Assembly: GCA_022449545.1 (NCBI GenBank)
Contig: JAKUPN010000006.1
Coordinates: forward strand, 13 to 64,012
DNA length: 64,000 nucleotides
From: Alphaproteobacteria bacterium
Lineage (GTDB): Bacteria > Pseudomonadota > Alphaproteobacteria > UBA6615
Direction of reading: 5' to 3'
This document shows positions 36,965-47,661 of this stretch, piece by piece. The translations under genes and the position numbers were made by a program. The notes below the pieces were generated by a model, which was not told the DNA's origin, made no database searches, and worked only from the letters and a program-made list of their open reading frames with translations. Each line of letters begins with the position of its first letter. Within the stretch, counting starts at the first letter, position 1.

Positions 36965-37080
36965 CTACCCCAATGAAAAAAATTTCAAAATCAATTACAT
37001 AAAGAGAATATTTACTACCGAATCAGATGGTGTCCACTTTTTGTATTAAAGACACTTAATTTTTTTCTTATTTAATTGAA

Positions 37081-38667
37081 TTAGTTGAATGTAGGAAATG
37101 TAAGAGAATTATTAATATTAATTTGATCCAATAAGTTAATTTCCCATTCAAGGTACTCAATCATGAATTTTTCTGCTTCTTCGGAATGATCATAGGGTTT
37201 GTACTGAACGTCTTTGGTGTCACATAAAAAGTTTGAATTTTTTGTTTCAGTTAAATATTTATTTTGTTCCCAGTGTTTAGTCCCTCCCTTCAAGAAAAAG
37301 ATATCTTTTTCTGTGAAATAATTCTCAAGATCTTTTACAGCTAAAGAAGCCAAAGTTCCATCATCCGATGTGATAACTACTTTATTATATTTGTTTATTT
37401 TACTAATTTCTTTCTTTAATGCAGAGCGTAATGACCAACAGGAACCTGGTATATGTCCCTCTCGATACTTAAGGCTTGTGCTTATATCAATAAGGAAGCA
37501 TTGATCTCTTTCAAGCAACGATTTTAATTGTCTAGGAGGTATAGAATTTGATGAAGGGTCGCCATAGATTTTTGGCTTAAAAGAAGATGAAGTTAAATCA
37601 GGGTTTCCTATCATTCCGTTTTTTAGGACATAAACATCAGTCCACCCCATTTGTATTAACCAAGACGCTGTCATGATAGAACGGGTTTCTGTATCATCAA
37701 CTAAAATAATCTTTGAATTTCGTACTCCAATATATTTATCAGTGGCTTGCACTAGTTGCCCGCCCGGCGCGTTACGTGACCCTCTTATATGAGTTTGAGA
37801 ATACTCTTTTGGGCTTCGTACATCTAAAAAATATAAATTCGATTTTTTATTAGTCTTCTTCATTTCTAAAAAAACATCATAATCTAAAAATTTGACATTA
37901 TACTTTTTAACTACTTTCTCGACTAAACGTCTTAGTCCTTTCTTTTCATTTATTGAGGGGCATCTAGCGTACTTGGCAGCCCCTCGTTCTAGTTGATATC
38001 CGGAAAGATGCCAGCCCATAGTACCATTTTCTAGTGCATATATTGGATTTGGTAATCCTATATTAATTAACGATTGCGCCCCTATTATGCTTCTAGTTCT
38101 TCCTGCACAATTAACAATAATCTGTGTGTCTGGATTTGTAATTAAATTACAGGCCCTGTTTACAATTTCTACACCTGGAGCATCAATCGCACCAGGTATT
38201 GACATTCTTTGATACTCATCATTAGGGCGTGCGTCAAAGATTAGAATGTCTTGTTTATCCTCTATAAGTTTTTTTAATTCTTCGGGCTTTAATGAGGGAG
38301 TTTTATATGTGTTTTCAACATATTCTCCAAAAGCCTTTGATGGAACGTTTACTCCGCTATATATTTCATGCCCAGTTTTTTTCCAATTTTCTAATCCACC
38401 TTTTAATATATCTATATTGTTGTAGTTCCATTTATTCAGTGATTTTTTCGCCAATTGAGGAATTATCTCATTACATGTATCCATCAATATTATTTTTGTT
38501 TGTTTATTAGGAACTAAACTATCAATTCGTAGTTCTAGTTGTGATATAGGCAAGGAGGTGGCCAGTAATATGTGTTCTTTTCCGAAGTCACCTTCTTCCC
38601 TTAGATCAATTAGAGCTATTTCCTGCGAACTATTTAAGAGTTTTTTTAATTTTAGCGGTGTAATCAT
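37081..38667 (-). CDS. multi-rhodanese-domain sulfurtransferase (four tandem rhodanese-like domains)
   Basis: 528 aa. Repeated rhodanese modules include one active-site loop, CAGRTRS. Domain boundaries fall at about 1-110, 120-230, 260-370 and 380-480. Confidence 0.75.
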   Translation of the reverse strand: MITPLKLKKLLNSSQEIALIDLREEGDFGKEHILLATSLPISQLELRIDSLVPNKQTKIILMDTCNEIIPQLAKKSLNKWNYNNIDILKGGLENWKKTGHEIYSGVNVPSKAFGEYVENTYKTPSLKPEELKKLIEDKQDILIFDARPNDEYQRMSIPGAIDAPGVEIVNRACNLITNPDTQIIVNCAGRTRSIIGAQSLINIGLPNPIYALENGTMGWHLSGYQLERGAAKYARCPSINEKKGLRRLVEKVVKKYNVKFLDYDVFLEMKKTNKKSNLYFLDVRSPKEYSQTHIRGSRNAPGGQLVQATDKYIGVRNSKIILVDDTETRSIMTASWLIQMGWTDVYVLKNGMIGNPDLTSSSFKPKIYGDPSSNSIPPRQLKSLLERDQCFLIDISTSLKYREGHIPGSCWSLRSALKKEISKINKYNKVVITSDDGTLASLAVKDLENYFTEKDIFFLKGGTKHWEQNKYLTETKNSNFLCDTKDVQYKPYDHSEEAEKFMIEYLEWEINLLDQININNSLTFPTFN

Positions 38668-39032
38668 AATTTTGTATAAATAGTTTAAGAAAATTAGAAT
38701 CCAAGTTACTACCTTTGTCTTTATAGGAACAGATTCAAAACATTCATTTTGGCCATGTTACCAATAAAGATAATAAGTTATATATATAACAATACTCTAT
38801 ACCGCTAATTTAATATATTACATTATTAATTAACTTTAACATTTTTTACTATATGTTTTTAAAAATTTAAAGTAGACGTTTTTTGATATCTAACAAATGA
38901 GTTTTTTTTAGTTATTAATAAAAGTGAGATTAATATAATTAAAAAATTTGTTTTTCAATATTTAGACATTGCTAGTGAGTATGGTGTTACCATAGATGAT
39001 GTAGACAATTTCTTATTTTATAGAGTACAAAA

Positions 39033-39386
39033 ATGCTAACCAGAATATATCTACCTAGAAATCAAAAAGATGACGGCTCGCCTGATGATAAGGTGCAGAC
39101 TGGAGTTGCAACAAAAACTCGCTCTAAAACTAAAAAGCCCGCAATGTATAAAGTGTTATTATTAAACGATGATTATACTCCAATGGAGTTTGTCGTTGAT
39201 ATACTCGAGAGGTTTTTTCGTAAGAGTGGAGAAGAAGCGGTTAAAATTATGCTCCACGTACATCAGAAGGGTGTAGGAGTTTGTGGTGTCTATACCTATG
39301 AAGTTGCTGAAACTAAAGTGACGCAGGTCGTTGACTATGCGAGAAAGAATCAGCACCCTTTGCAATGCACATTGGAAAAAGATTAA
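39033..39386 (+). CDS. clpS: ATP-dependent Clp protease adaptor
   Basis: 117 aa. [24 protein letters not shown]...[27 protein letters not shown] is the canonical ClpS core. It precedes clpA. Confidence 0.9.
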   Translation: MLTRIYLPRNQKDDGSPDDKVQTGVATKTRSKTKKPAMYKVLLLNDDYTPMEFVVDILERFFRKSGEEAVKIMLHVHQKGVGVCGVYTYEVAETKVTQVVDYARKNQHPLQCTLEKD

Positions 39387-39439
39387 TTTATCTATCTATT
39401 TGAAATTTTTTATCTAGCTTTTAAAGGTTTAATTATAAA

Positions 39440-41764
39440 ATGTTATCAAATAATTTAGAACAGTCACTGCATAGGGCCCTTGGTCTAGCTAATGAGCGTC
39501 ATCATGAATATGCAACTCTCGAACACCTCTTGCTTTCTCTAACTGATGACCAAGATGCAGTTGCTGTTCTAAAAGCATGTGGGGTAGATATAGATGGATT
39601 AAGAAGAAATCTCTCTAACTACATCGATGAGGAATTATCAAGCTTAATAACAAATAGAACAGATGAGGCTAAACCAACAGCTGGTTTCCAACGAGTTCTT
39701 CAAAGGGCTGCTATACATGTACAGTCGTCCGGACGAGAAGAGGTAACTGGTGCCAATGTTTTAGTAGCTGTGTTTTCCGAGCGCGAAAGTAATGCTGTCT
39801 ATTTTCTTCAGGAGCAAGAAATGACTAGGCTTGATGCTGTGAACTATATATCACACGGTATAGCCAAAGTTCCCGGACACGATGACAGCGGTATTGTTTC
39901 CGGGATGGATGATCAGGAGGACGATGAATATACTGTAAAGAAAGGTAAAGAAGCGCTAAATGCTTATTGTATTGATCTAAATCAAAAAGCTAAAGAAGGG
40001 GCTATTGACCCCTTGATTGGTCGCGAACATGAGGTCGATAGAACAATTCAGATACTAGCTCGTAGACAAAAAAATAATCCTCTTTATGTTGGGGAACCTG
40101 GCGTTGGAAAGACTGCTATAGCAGAAGGATTGGCTAAAAGAATTGTTGAGGGAGATGTTCCAGAAGTTCTAATTGATGCGAATATATATACGTTGGATAT
40201 GGGGTCTTTACTTGCAGGGACCCGTTACAGAGGTGATTTCGAAGAACGTATGAAGGCAGTAATGGCTGAAATATCTTCAATCGACGGTGCTATTTTGTTT
40301 ATTGACGAGATTCATACAATAATTGGTGCTGGAGCAACTTCAGGAGGAGCAATGGATGCTTCTAATTTGTTGAAACCTGCACTAGCGGGTGGAAAATTAA
40401 GATGTATTGGCTCAACAACATACAAAGAGTATAGAAACTACTTTGAAAAAGATCGTGCTCTGACCAGACGTTTTCAAAAAATTGATGTAAATGAACCATC
40501 TGTAGAGGACGCAATCAAGATTCTTCGTGGATTGAAAACTTATTACGAAGAACACCATGATATTAGATATACTGATCAGTCAATTAGAACTGCGGTCGAA
40601 TTGGCATCACGTCACATCGGTGAAAGAAAACTTCCTGACAGTGCAATAGATGTAATTGATGAGGTTGGTGCTGCTCAATCACTGCTGGCTCCATCAAAAA
40701 GAAAAAAAACAGTGGGAGTTAAGGACATTGAGTCAGTTATCTCAAAGATTGCTCGTATTCCTGCTAAGTCTGTTAGTCGTGATGATTTATCAACACTACA
40801 AAACCTTAAACGAGATCTTAGGAGGATGGTATTTGGTCAAGATACTGCAATTGACGAATTGTCCAGCGCTATAAAATTATCCAGAGCAGGATTACGAGAT
40901 AAAGAAAAGCCTATAGGCAGTTATTTATTTTCTGGTCCAACGGGAGTTGGAAAAACTGAGGTGGCAAGGCAATTGGCAATTGTGTTGGGTGTAGAGCTTA
41001 CTCGTTTTGATATGTCAGAATATATGGAGCGTCATTCTGTTTCTCGTCTTATAGGTGCTCCCCCTGGATATGTTGGTTTTGATCAGGGGGGGTTACTCAC
41101 TGATTCAATAGACCAGCATCCACATAGCGTTGTTCTGCTTGATGAAATAGAAAAGGCTCATCCAGATTTATTTAACATATTATTACAAGTAATGGATCAT
41201 GGAAAAATTACTGACCACAATGGAAAAACTGTAGATTGTAGAAATATTATTTTGATTATGACTACAAATGCTGGAGCAGCAGACCTTGCTAAACCGATGA
41301 TGGGATTTGGTGGCGGCAAGAGAGAAGGGGATGATCAAGAAGCTATTAATAGGATGTTTTCTCCTGAATTTCGTAATCGACTTGATGCAACAATAGGATT
41401 TAAAAATTTAAGTCCTGTTATCATGAATAAAGTTGTAGGCAAGTTCATCATGGAGTTGGAAGCTCAATTAAGTGATAGGGATGTCTCCATTGAGATAGAT
41501 GATGAGTCTTGTCGTTGGTTGGCAAAGAAAGGTTATGATGACCAGTTTGGAGCACGGCCGTTGGCAAGGGTAATACAAGATCAAATAAAAAAGCCTTTGG
41601 CAGAAGAACTTCTTTTCGGCAAAATATCAAAAGGAGGAACAGTAAAAGTTAGTATAAAGGAAGGTAAGTTAAAATTTAGACTAACTCAAAATAGGCCGAA
41701 AAAGATATCAGGCTCCTCTAGCAAGAAATCAGAAATTAAAAAACCAGAACTGGTAAAAAAATAA
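39440..41764 (+). CDS. clpA: ATP-dependent Clp protease ATP-binding subunit ClpA
   Basis: 774 aa. N-domain, two AAA+ modules (GEPGVGKTAIAEGLA, GPTGVGKTEVARQLA), and no middle domain, so ClpA rather than ClpB. Confidence 0.95.
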   Translation: MLSNNLEQSLHRALGLANERHHEYATLEHLLLSLTDDQDAVAVLKACGVDIDGLRRNLSNYIDEELSSLITNRTDEAKPTAGFQRVLQRAAIHVQSSGREEVTGANVLVAVFSERESNAVYFLQEQEMTRLDAVNYISHGIAKVPGHDDSGIVSGMDDQEDDEYTVKKGKEALNAYCIDLNQKAKEGAIDPLIGREHEVDRTIQILARRQKNNPLYVGEPGVGKTAIAEGLAKRIVEGDVPEVLIDANIYTLDMGSLLAGTRYRGDFEERMKAVMAEISSIDGAILFIDEIHTIIGAGATSGGAMDASNLLKPALAGGKLRCIGSTTYKEYRNYFEKDRALTRRFQKIDVNEPSVEDAIKILRGLKTYYEEHHDIRYTDQSIRTAVELASRHIGERKLPDSAIDVIDEVGAAQSLLAPSKRKKTVGVKDIESVISKIARIPAKSVSRDDLSTLQNLKRDLRRMVFGQDTAIDELSSAIKLSRAGLRDKEKPIGSYLFSGPTGVGKTEVARQLAIVLGVELTRFDMSEYMERHSVSRLIGAPPGYVGFDQGGLLTDSIDQHPHSVVLLDEIEKAHPDLFNILLQVMDHGKITDHNGKTVDCRNIILIMTTNAGAADLAKPMMGFGGGKREGDDQEAINRMFSPEFRNRLDATIGFKNLSPVIMNKVVGKFIMELEAQLSDRDVSIEIDDESCRWLAKKGYDDQFGARPLARVIQDQIKKPLAEELLFGKISKGGTVKVSIKEGKLKFRLTQNRPKKISGSSSKKSEIKKPELVKK

Positions 41765-41768
41765 AAAA

Positions 41769-42929
41769 TTATTCTTTTATTTTGTATGGAGAAAAATCTG
41801 TGATCGCCTGAATTTCCCAGTCAATCTCACGCCTCTCTTCAGAACAAAAACGCTTTACGGCATCTTTAAATGAATCATTTGGGATATAGTGCCCACTGTA
41901 CGTTTCCACAGGTTCGTAACCTCTCTGTATTTTATGTGGTCCTTGCGTTCCAGCTTCAACAAATGAAATATTATTTTTTATGGCGAAGTCTATTGCCTGG
42001 TAATAGCAAGTTTCAAAATGTAGAAATTTGTATTCTTTTACGCAGCCCCAATTTCTACCAAATAAAGCGTTATCACTTCTTAGGTTTAGAGCACCAGCTA
42101 CTGGGGAGCTTTCATGTTCTGCCATCATTAATATAACTTTGTCACCAAGACTTTTTTGGATGAGTTCAAAAAAATCACGAGTCAAGTAGGGATAACCCCA
42201 CTTTCGGTCATAAGTGTCTACATAAAACTTATAAAAAGCATCCCAATGATCTATGGTAATTTCATCTCCTACTAATGGCTGTACTTTTAATCCTTGACTT
42301 ATAACGGAAAGCCTCTCTTTTCTTATTGTTTTACGTTTTCTACTAGTCAACTCTGATAAAAAATCATCAAAGCTATCATAATTCCGATTATGCCAATGAA
42401 ATTGTCTTCCAAGACGTTGAATCCATCCTGCTTTTCCCATTACTTCCCAGTCATTATGGTCGGAAAATGTTACGTGAACTGATGATATATTTAGTTTATC
42501 ACAAATATTTTCTAATGCTTTTAATAGTATTAATCTGTTTTTATTAGAATCTTTGCCAGAGCCAACCAGCAAACGTGGTCCGCTTACTGGTGAAAATGGT
42601 GATGATACTTGCATTTTTGGGTAGTAACTACCTCCAACTCGTTCCCAAGCATGCGCCCATCCGTGATCAAAAACATATTCACCTTGGGAATGACTCTTAA
42701 TATATAATGGGGCAGCAGCAATTATTTTGTTTTTTGAATTTTCAATTACTAAATGGTGAGGTAGCCAGCCTGTTTCGTTAGAGACACATCCTGTTTCTTC
42801 TAACGCGTTTAAGAAGGCATGACTAATGAACGGATTATCTGATCCCGTTAAATTATCCCAGACAGGTCCAGGTATATCAGATATACTTTCTATTACTCTT
42901 GCTTTTATATGAGTATTACTGTCAGTCAT
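41769..42929 (-). CDS. GNAT-fold FemAB-like protein (DUF482 / BioF2-like N-acyltransferase family)
   Basis: 386 aa. FLNALEETGCVSNETGW...PLYIKSHSQGEYVFDHGWA matches the conserved alphaproteobacterial FemAB-like family. Confidence 0.65.
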   Translation of the reverse strand: MTDSNTHIKARVIESISDIPGPVWDNLTGSDNPFISHAFLNALEETGCVSNETGWLPHHLVIENSKNKIIAAAPLYIKSHSQGEYVFDHGWAHAWERVGGSYYPKMQVSSPFSPVSGPRLLVGSGKDSNKNRLILLKALENICDKLNISSVHVTFSDHNDWEVMGKAGWIQRLGRQFHWHNRNYDSFDDFLSELTSRKRKTIRKERLSVISQGLKVQPLVGDEITIDHWDAFYKFYVDTYDRKWGYPYLTRDFFELIQKSLGDKVILMMAEHESSPVAGALNLRSDNALFGRNWGCVKEYKFLHFETCYYQAIDFAIKNNISFVEAGTQGPHKIQRGYEPVETYSGHYIPNDSFKDAVKRFCSEERREIDWEIQAITDFSPYKIKE

Positions 42930-42952
42930 TTATATACACTATAATATTAATT

Positions 42953-43429
42953 TTATTTTGTTTCGAATATTGCTTCTACCTCTACAGAAACGTTTAATGG
43001 TAAAGAAGAAACGCCTACCGCCGCTCGAGCGTGACGGCCGCTCTCTCTAAAAATCTCAACCATAAGATCTGATGCACCATTTATTACTTTAGGTTGATCT
43101 CCATAATCATCGGTAGATGCAACATAACCTACAAGTTTTACACAACGGACTATTAAATCTAAATTACCACCTAACGCTTGTTTAGCTATAGAGATAATAG
43201 ATAAACCGCATAGGCGAGCCGCCTTATTTCCATCATCGGTAGACACATTTTTACCTAATTTTCCTATGAAAGCTGGTTTCCCATCTATCATTGGTATTTG
43301 TCCTGATATGTATAAATAGTTTCCAGTAATTACATAGGGAACATAGTTTGCTAGAGGTAAATTTGCATCTGGTAATAATATTTTTAGTTCATTCAATCTA
43401 TCATCTATTAAATTTTTCAAAATGGTCAC
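42953..43429 (-). CDS. RidA/YjgF family reactive-intermediate deaminase
   Basis: 158 aa. YVPYVITGNYLYISGQIP...VKLVGYV...ARAAVGVSSLPLNVSVEVEAIF is the YjgF signature. Confidence 0.85.
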   Translation of the reverse strand: MTILKNLIDDRLNELKILLPDANLPLANYVPYVITGNYLYISGQIPMIDGKPAFIGKLGKNVSTDDGNKAARLCGLSIISIAKQALGGNLDLIVRCVKLVGYVASTDDYGDQPKVINGASDLMVEIFRESGRHARAAVGVSSLPLNVSVEVEAIFETK

Positions 43430-43463
43430 TCCTTATTACTCAATCAATTAATATCTATTGAAT

Positions 43464-43498
43464 TTAAAAAAATGGGATGTGCTGTTAAGCACATCCCA
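43464..43498 (-). terminator. Rho-independent terminator of nrdJ (minus strand)
   Basis: Perfect 10-bp stem GGGATGTGCT/AGCACATCCC with loop GTTA (43474-43497), followed on the minus strand by TTTTTTT. Confidence 0.7.
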
Positions 43499-43590
43499 AG
43501 TTCAGGGAGGAGAGAGACCCAACGCCTGGGAGAGAAATGGCGAGGGCCTCTGATTCGATCGAGCAAATATGATGCTCAGACCGAATTGCT

Positions 43591-46500
43591 TTAGCTACAC
43601 CCGCTTGTTGCTCCGCAGGTGTCGCATTTAAGACAAGTTCCGTTTCTAACCATTGTAAAATTTCCACATTCTGTACAAGAGTCTCCTTCATAACCCTTGA
43701 TACGTGCGTTACGAATTCTTTCTGTTCGTTCTTCTTGAACGATGTATTCGAGATCTAACTGTTTGCCTGTATTTGTAGGCATAGTGAGGATATCAGCTTT
43801 TGCATGGATGGAGTTATCTGTTCCTGTAGCTTTAGTCAGGTGAGCGGAGTCTTCTGTGTTCTGTATGCTTTCGTTGTTTTGTTTGCCTCCTTCTATGACA
43901 GAAAGATTACTTCTAATGTAGCCATTACTCACTGCAAGACCAACGGGAGGCAATTCTGGAATCAGTGTTTCATCAGATTTTCCTCTGCCCATAGTGTCTG
44001 GTTCAAGATCGTCTATTTCAACATGAGCTAAATCATGACGTCCCATGTAACTTATCGCTATTTCGCGAAAAATATAATCTAAAATAGAGCTAGACATTTT
44101 GATGGCGTCATTTCCTTCTACTGGTCCTGATGGTTCAAACCTAGTGAAGGTGTAAGCATCTACAAATTCCTCTAGGGGAACTCCATACTGAAGTCCAATC
44201 GATATAGCTATTGCAAAATTATTCATCAATGAGCGGAAGGCAGCACCTTCTTTATGCATGTCTAGAAAAATCTCTCCTAAAGATCCGTCATCATATTCGC
44301 CAGTTCGAATATAAACTTTGTGCCCACCTACTATGGCTTTTTGGGTATATCCTTTTCTACGATCAGGAAGTCGTTTCCGCTTAGCTTCTCTTTTGATAAC
44401 GTTCTCAACAATCTTCTCTGCAATTATATTCGTTTTATTCGTAGTCGAGGATTCATTATACTCGTCTAACATGTCCTCTGTTTCGCTAAAGCCAAAGAAA
44501 TTTGATTGTAATGGTTGGCTAAGTTTGGAACCATCACGGTATAAAGCATTTGCCTTTAGACCTAATTCCCAAGATAGAAAATACGCGTTTTCACAATCAT
44601 GTATTGATGCTTCATTTGGCATATTAATTGTCTTAGAAATAGCACCACTTATGAATGGTTGAGTACCAGCCATCATTTTTATATGGCTTTCAGTTGAAAG
44701 ATATCGTGTACCGGTTCGACCGCAAGGGTTGGCACAATCAAATACATTTAAGTGTTGTGTCTTAATATGAGGAGCACCTTCTATGGTCATAGCTCCACAG
44801 GCATAAACGTTGGCCGCTTCTATTTCCTGTTCAGAGAATCCAAGAAAATCTAGCATATTGAAGTCATATTGATTTAGTTCTTCATTATTTATACCAAGAA
44901 CCTCAGTGCAAAATGTTTCACCCAAGGTCCATTTATTGAAAACAAATTGTATATCAAATGAACTAGCAATAGCCTTTTCGATTGCATCAATTTGAACACT
45001 ACCAAAATTCATTTCTTTAAGTTTTGTATGATTTATATGAGGGGCATTGAGTAAAGAGCCATGCCCTATAGCAAAGTTAACTATTTCAGTCACTTCTATG
45101 GGGTTATAACCTAGGGATATTAGACCTTCAGTTACCATCTGATTAATAATCTTAAAGTATCCTCCACCAGCTAGTTTTTTAAACTTAACTATAGAAAAAT
45201 CTGGCTCAATACCCGTCGTATCACAGTCCATCACCAAACCTATTGTACCCGTAGGAGCGATGACTGTAGTTTGGGCATTTCGAAACCCATATTTTGAGCC
45301 TAGTTTTAAGGCTCTGTCCCATGCCTTTTTGGCGGCTTTAGTCACTTTCTTACTCTGGGGATCTTTCGGAGTTAGTGGAATAGGGTAAATTGAAAGTCCT
45401 TCATAATTCGTTTTTTCGCCAAAGGCTGCTCGTTTATGATTACGAATTACTTTTAACATTTCGTTAGAATTTATTTTGTAGCCAGGGAAAGCTCCCATCT
45501 CACCGGCAACTTCCGCAGAAGTTTCATACGCAATACCAGTCATTAGTGCAGATATTGAGGCACATAAGTTTCGACCTTCATCACTGTCATATCCTATTCC
45601 TGATGCCATCAGTAGACCGCCTAAGTTTGCGAAACCCAATCCTAATGTTCTGAAATCATAACTACGTTGGGCTATTTCCTTGGATGGAAATTGAGCCATC
45701 AAGACAGATATTTCCAGTGTTAAGGTCCAAAGCTTAACGGCGTGCTCAAAATTTTCAGTGTTGAAGGACTTATCATCATTACGAAACTTCAGAAGGTTTA
45801 GGGAGGCTAAGTTACAAGCTGTGTCATCCAGAAACATGTATTCAGAGCAAGGATTTGAAGCATTGATACGCCCAGAATTAGGGCAGGTATGCCATTCATT
45901 TATAGTAGTGTCGAACTGTACTCCTGGATCAGCGCTTGACCATGCAGCAGAACAAATCTTATCCCATAATTTTGTCGCTTCTATCGTGCTAGAAACCGAT
46001 CCATCTGTGCGGGCTCGTAATTCCCAGATATCATTAGCTTTAACGGCAGAAAGAAAACTATTTGTTATACGAACTGAGTTATTTGAATTTTGTCCAGACA
46101 CAGTGTTATAGGCTTCTGAATCCCAGTCTATGTCATACACAGAAAAACTAATTTCTTTGTAGCCTTGTTGTGCAAGTTGAATACATTTATGGATATAACT
46201 TTCTGGCACCATATCTTTGCGGGCCAGTAATATAGCTTTTTTTAAAGTAGGGTTTTCTGCGGGAAGAAATCTTTCATCACTATCACTGTCAAATTCATCT
46301 TGATGACATGCTTGAATGATAGAATTCAATCGTTTGAAGCAGATTTTTGAGCCAGTTACTATTGAGGCTACTTTTTGTTCCTCTATAACCTTCCAATCTA
46401 TAAACTCTTCAACGTCAGGATGGTCAATATCAACAACAACCATTTTCGCCGCTCTTCTTGTGGTTCCGCCAGATTTTATAGCCCCAGCAGAGCGATCGCC

Positions 46501-47280
46501 TATTCGCAGAAAGCTCATAAGTCCAGAAGATTTCCCTCCGCCTGAGAGTGATTCACCGCTAGACCGTATATTTGAAAAATTCGTACCAGAACCCGATCCG
46601 TATTTGAAAAGACGTGCTTCACGTGTCCATAGATCCATTATTCCCCCGTCTGTTACAAGATCATCTGAAACGGATTGAATAAAACAGGCATGAGGTTGTG
46701 GATGTTCATAGGCACTGGACGATTTAATTAACTTGCTAGTTTCGTAGTCTACGAAGTAGTGGCCCTGACCTGGGCTATCTATACCATAAGCCCAATGCAA
46801 GCCAGTATTAAACCATTGTGGGCTATTTGGAGCTGCCATCTGGTGGGCAAGGGTGTATCTTATTTCATCAAAATATATTTTTGCATCCTCTTCACTATCA
46901 AAATATCCTCCTTTCCAACCCCAATAAGCCCAAGTGCCAGCCATACGATTAAATACTTGTCTAGCGTCTGCTTCAGAAACATATTTTTGGTCATTTGATA
47001 GTTTCTCTAGTTCTTTTTTGTTTTCCGTGTGCTTCCACAAAAATTCTGGAACGTCATCTTCTGCTATAGCTATTAGTGCTGATGGTACTCCCGCTCTACG
47101 AAAATATTTTTGTGCGAGTATATCACATGCAACTTGGCTCCAGTGTTCAGGAACCATTATATCATCAGCAGAAAAAACAACCGATCCGTCAGGATTACGT
47201 ATCTCACTAGACGTTTTATGAAACGTTATGTTCTGATATGGGCTCTCGCTCCCATTAGTTAGGCGGCGCTCAATCCGCAT
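43591..47280 (-). CDS. nrdJ: adenosylcobalamin-dependent ribonucleoside-diphosphate reductase (class II RNR, long dimeric alphaproteobacterial form)
   Basis: 1229 aa. N-terminal ATP-cone-like region, RNR core motifs ([50 protein letters not shown]), and a Cys-rich C-terminal tail ([22 protein letters not shown]). Confidence 0.95.
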   Translation of the reverse strand: MRIERRLTNGSESPYQNITFHKTSSEIRNPDGSVVFSADDIMVPEHWSQVACDILAQKYFRRAGVPSALIAIAEDDVPEFLWKHTENKKELEKLSNDQKYVSEADARQVFNRMAGTWAYWGWKGGYFDSEEDAKIYFDEIRYTLAHQMAAPNSPQWFNTGLHWAYGIDSPGQGHYFVDYETSKLIKSSSAYEHPQPHACFIQSVSDDLVTDGGIMDLWTREARLFKYGSGSGTNFSNIRSSGESLSGGGKSSGLMSFLRIGDRSAGAIKSGGTTRRAAKMVVVDIDHPDVEEFIDWKVIEEQKVASIVTGSKICFKRLNSIIQACHQDEFDSDSDERFLPAENPTLKKAILLARKDMVPESYIHKCIQLAQQGYKEISFSVYDIDWDSEAYNTVSGQNSNNSVRITNSFLSAVKANDIWELRARTDGSVSSTIEATKLWDKICSAAWSSADPGVQFDTTINEWHTCPNSGRINASNPCSEYMFLDDTACNLASLNLLKFRNDDKSFNTENFEHAVKLWTLTLEISVLMAQFPSKEIAQRSYDFRTLGLGFANLGGLLMASGIGYDSDEGRNLCASISALMTGIAYETSAEVAGEMGAFPGYKINSNEMLKVIRNHKRAAFGEKTNYEGLSIYPIPLTPKDPQSKKVTKAAKKAWDRALKLGSKYGFRNAQTTVIAPTGTIGLVMDCDTTGIEPDFSIVKFKKLAGGGYFKIINQMVTEGLISLGYNPIEVTEIVNFAIGHGSLLNAPHINHTKLKEMNFGSVQIDAIEKAIASSFDIQFVFNKWTLGETFCTEVLGINNEELNQYDFNMLDFLGFSEQEIEAANVYACGAMTIEGAPHIKTQHLNVFDCANPCGRTGTRYLSTESHIKMMAGTQPFISGAISKTINMPNEASIHDCENAYFLSWELGLKANALYRDGSKLSQPLQSNFFGFSETEDMLDEYNESSTTNKTNIIAEKIVENVIKREAKRKRLPDRRKGYTQKAIVGGHKVYIRTGEYDDGSLGEIFLDMHKEGAAFRSLMNNFAIAISIGLQYGVPLEEFVDAYTFTRFEPSGPVEGNDAIKMSSSILDYIFREIAISYMGRHDLAHVEIDDLEPDTMGRGKSDETLIPELPPVGLAVSNGYIRSNLSVIEGGKQNNESIQNTEDSAHLTKATGTDNSIHAKADILTMPTNTGKQLDLEYIVQEERTERIRNARIKGYEGDSCTECGNFTMVRNGTCLKCDTCGATSGCS

Positions 47281-47427
47281 ATTTTAACTCCTACATACAC
47301 ACAGTTTTCGTTGTGGGCCTACAAAAACTATAAAACCAGGTTATCTGTGTAGGTTCTTGTTTTATCCCCTAACCGTTCACAGCTTTTTCGAGTCGTTTTA
47401 TAGATAGAATCATCTTATGTTCCTACG

Positions 47428-47443
47428 CTACAATATATTGTCA
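47428..47443 (-). promoter_or_regulatory. NrdR-box-like AT-rich palindrome (ACAATATATTGT core) in the nrdJ leader; possible degenerate partner at 47445-47452 and 47459-47474
   Basis: The 12-bp perfect palindrome at 47430-47441 matches the core of the NrdR-box consensus acaCwAtATaTwGtgt. It lies about 150 nt upstream of the nrdJ ATG, downstream of a TTGATA-N16-TATAGC promoter-like pair on the minus strand. Confidence 0.35.
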
Positions 47444-47661
47444 TATATGTAGGCTATACTACTACATATTTACGTATCAACTACATTTTGTGTTTTTTAA
47501 TTTATAAAAAGTATATATGGTGGCTAATAGTGGGAGAAACCCTTGCCAATTGAGATACGCAGATGGGTAGACGGTGAAGGGTAGATGGTGCCATATTTAT
47601 AGGATATTAAGAGACTCGGTTACAAAAAACATTTGTTATGAACAAAATAGGATAAACATGC

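Noticed and set aside
43804-47221. Six plus-strand ORFs (75-120 aa) inside nrdJ
   Set aside because: All are antisense to a 1229-aa ORF with unambiguous RNR motifs. They are a GC3-skew artefact.
47281-47660. Cobalamin riboswitch in the nrdJ leader
   Set aside because: I looked on the minus strand for the B12-box (GCCACTG-like core and flanking conserved stems) and found nothing resembling it. Established knowledge also places B12 riboswitches in front of the B12-independent RNR isozymes, not nrdJ.
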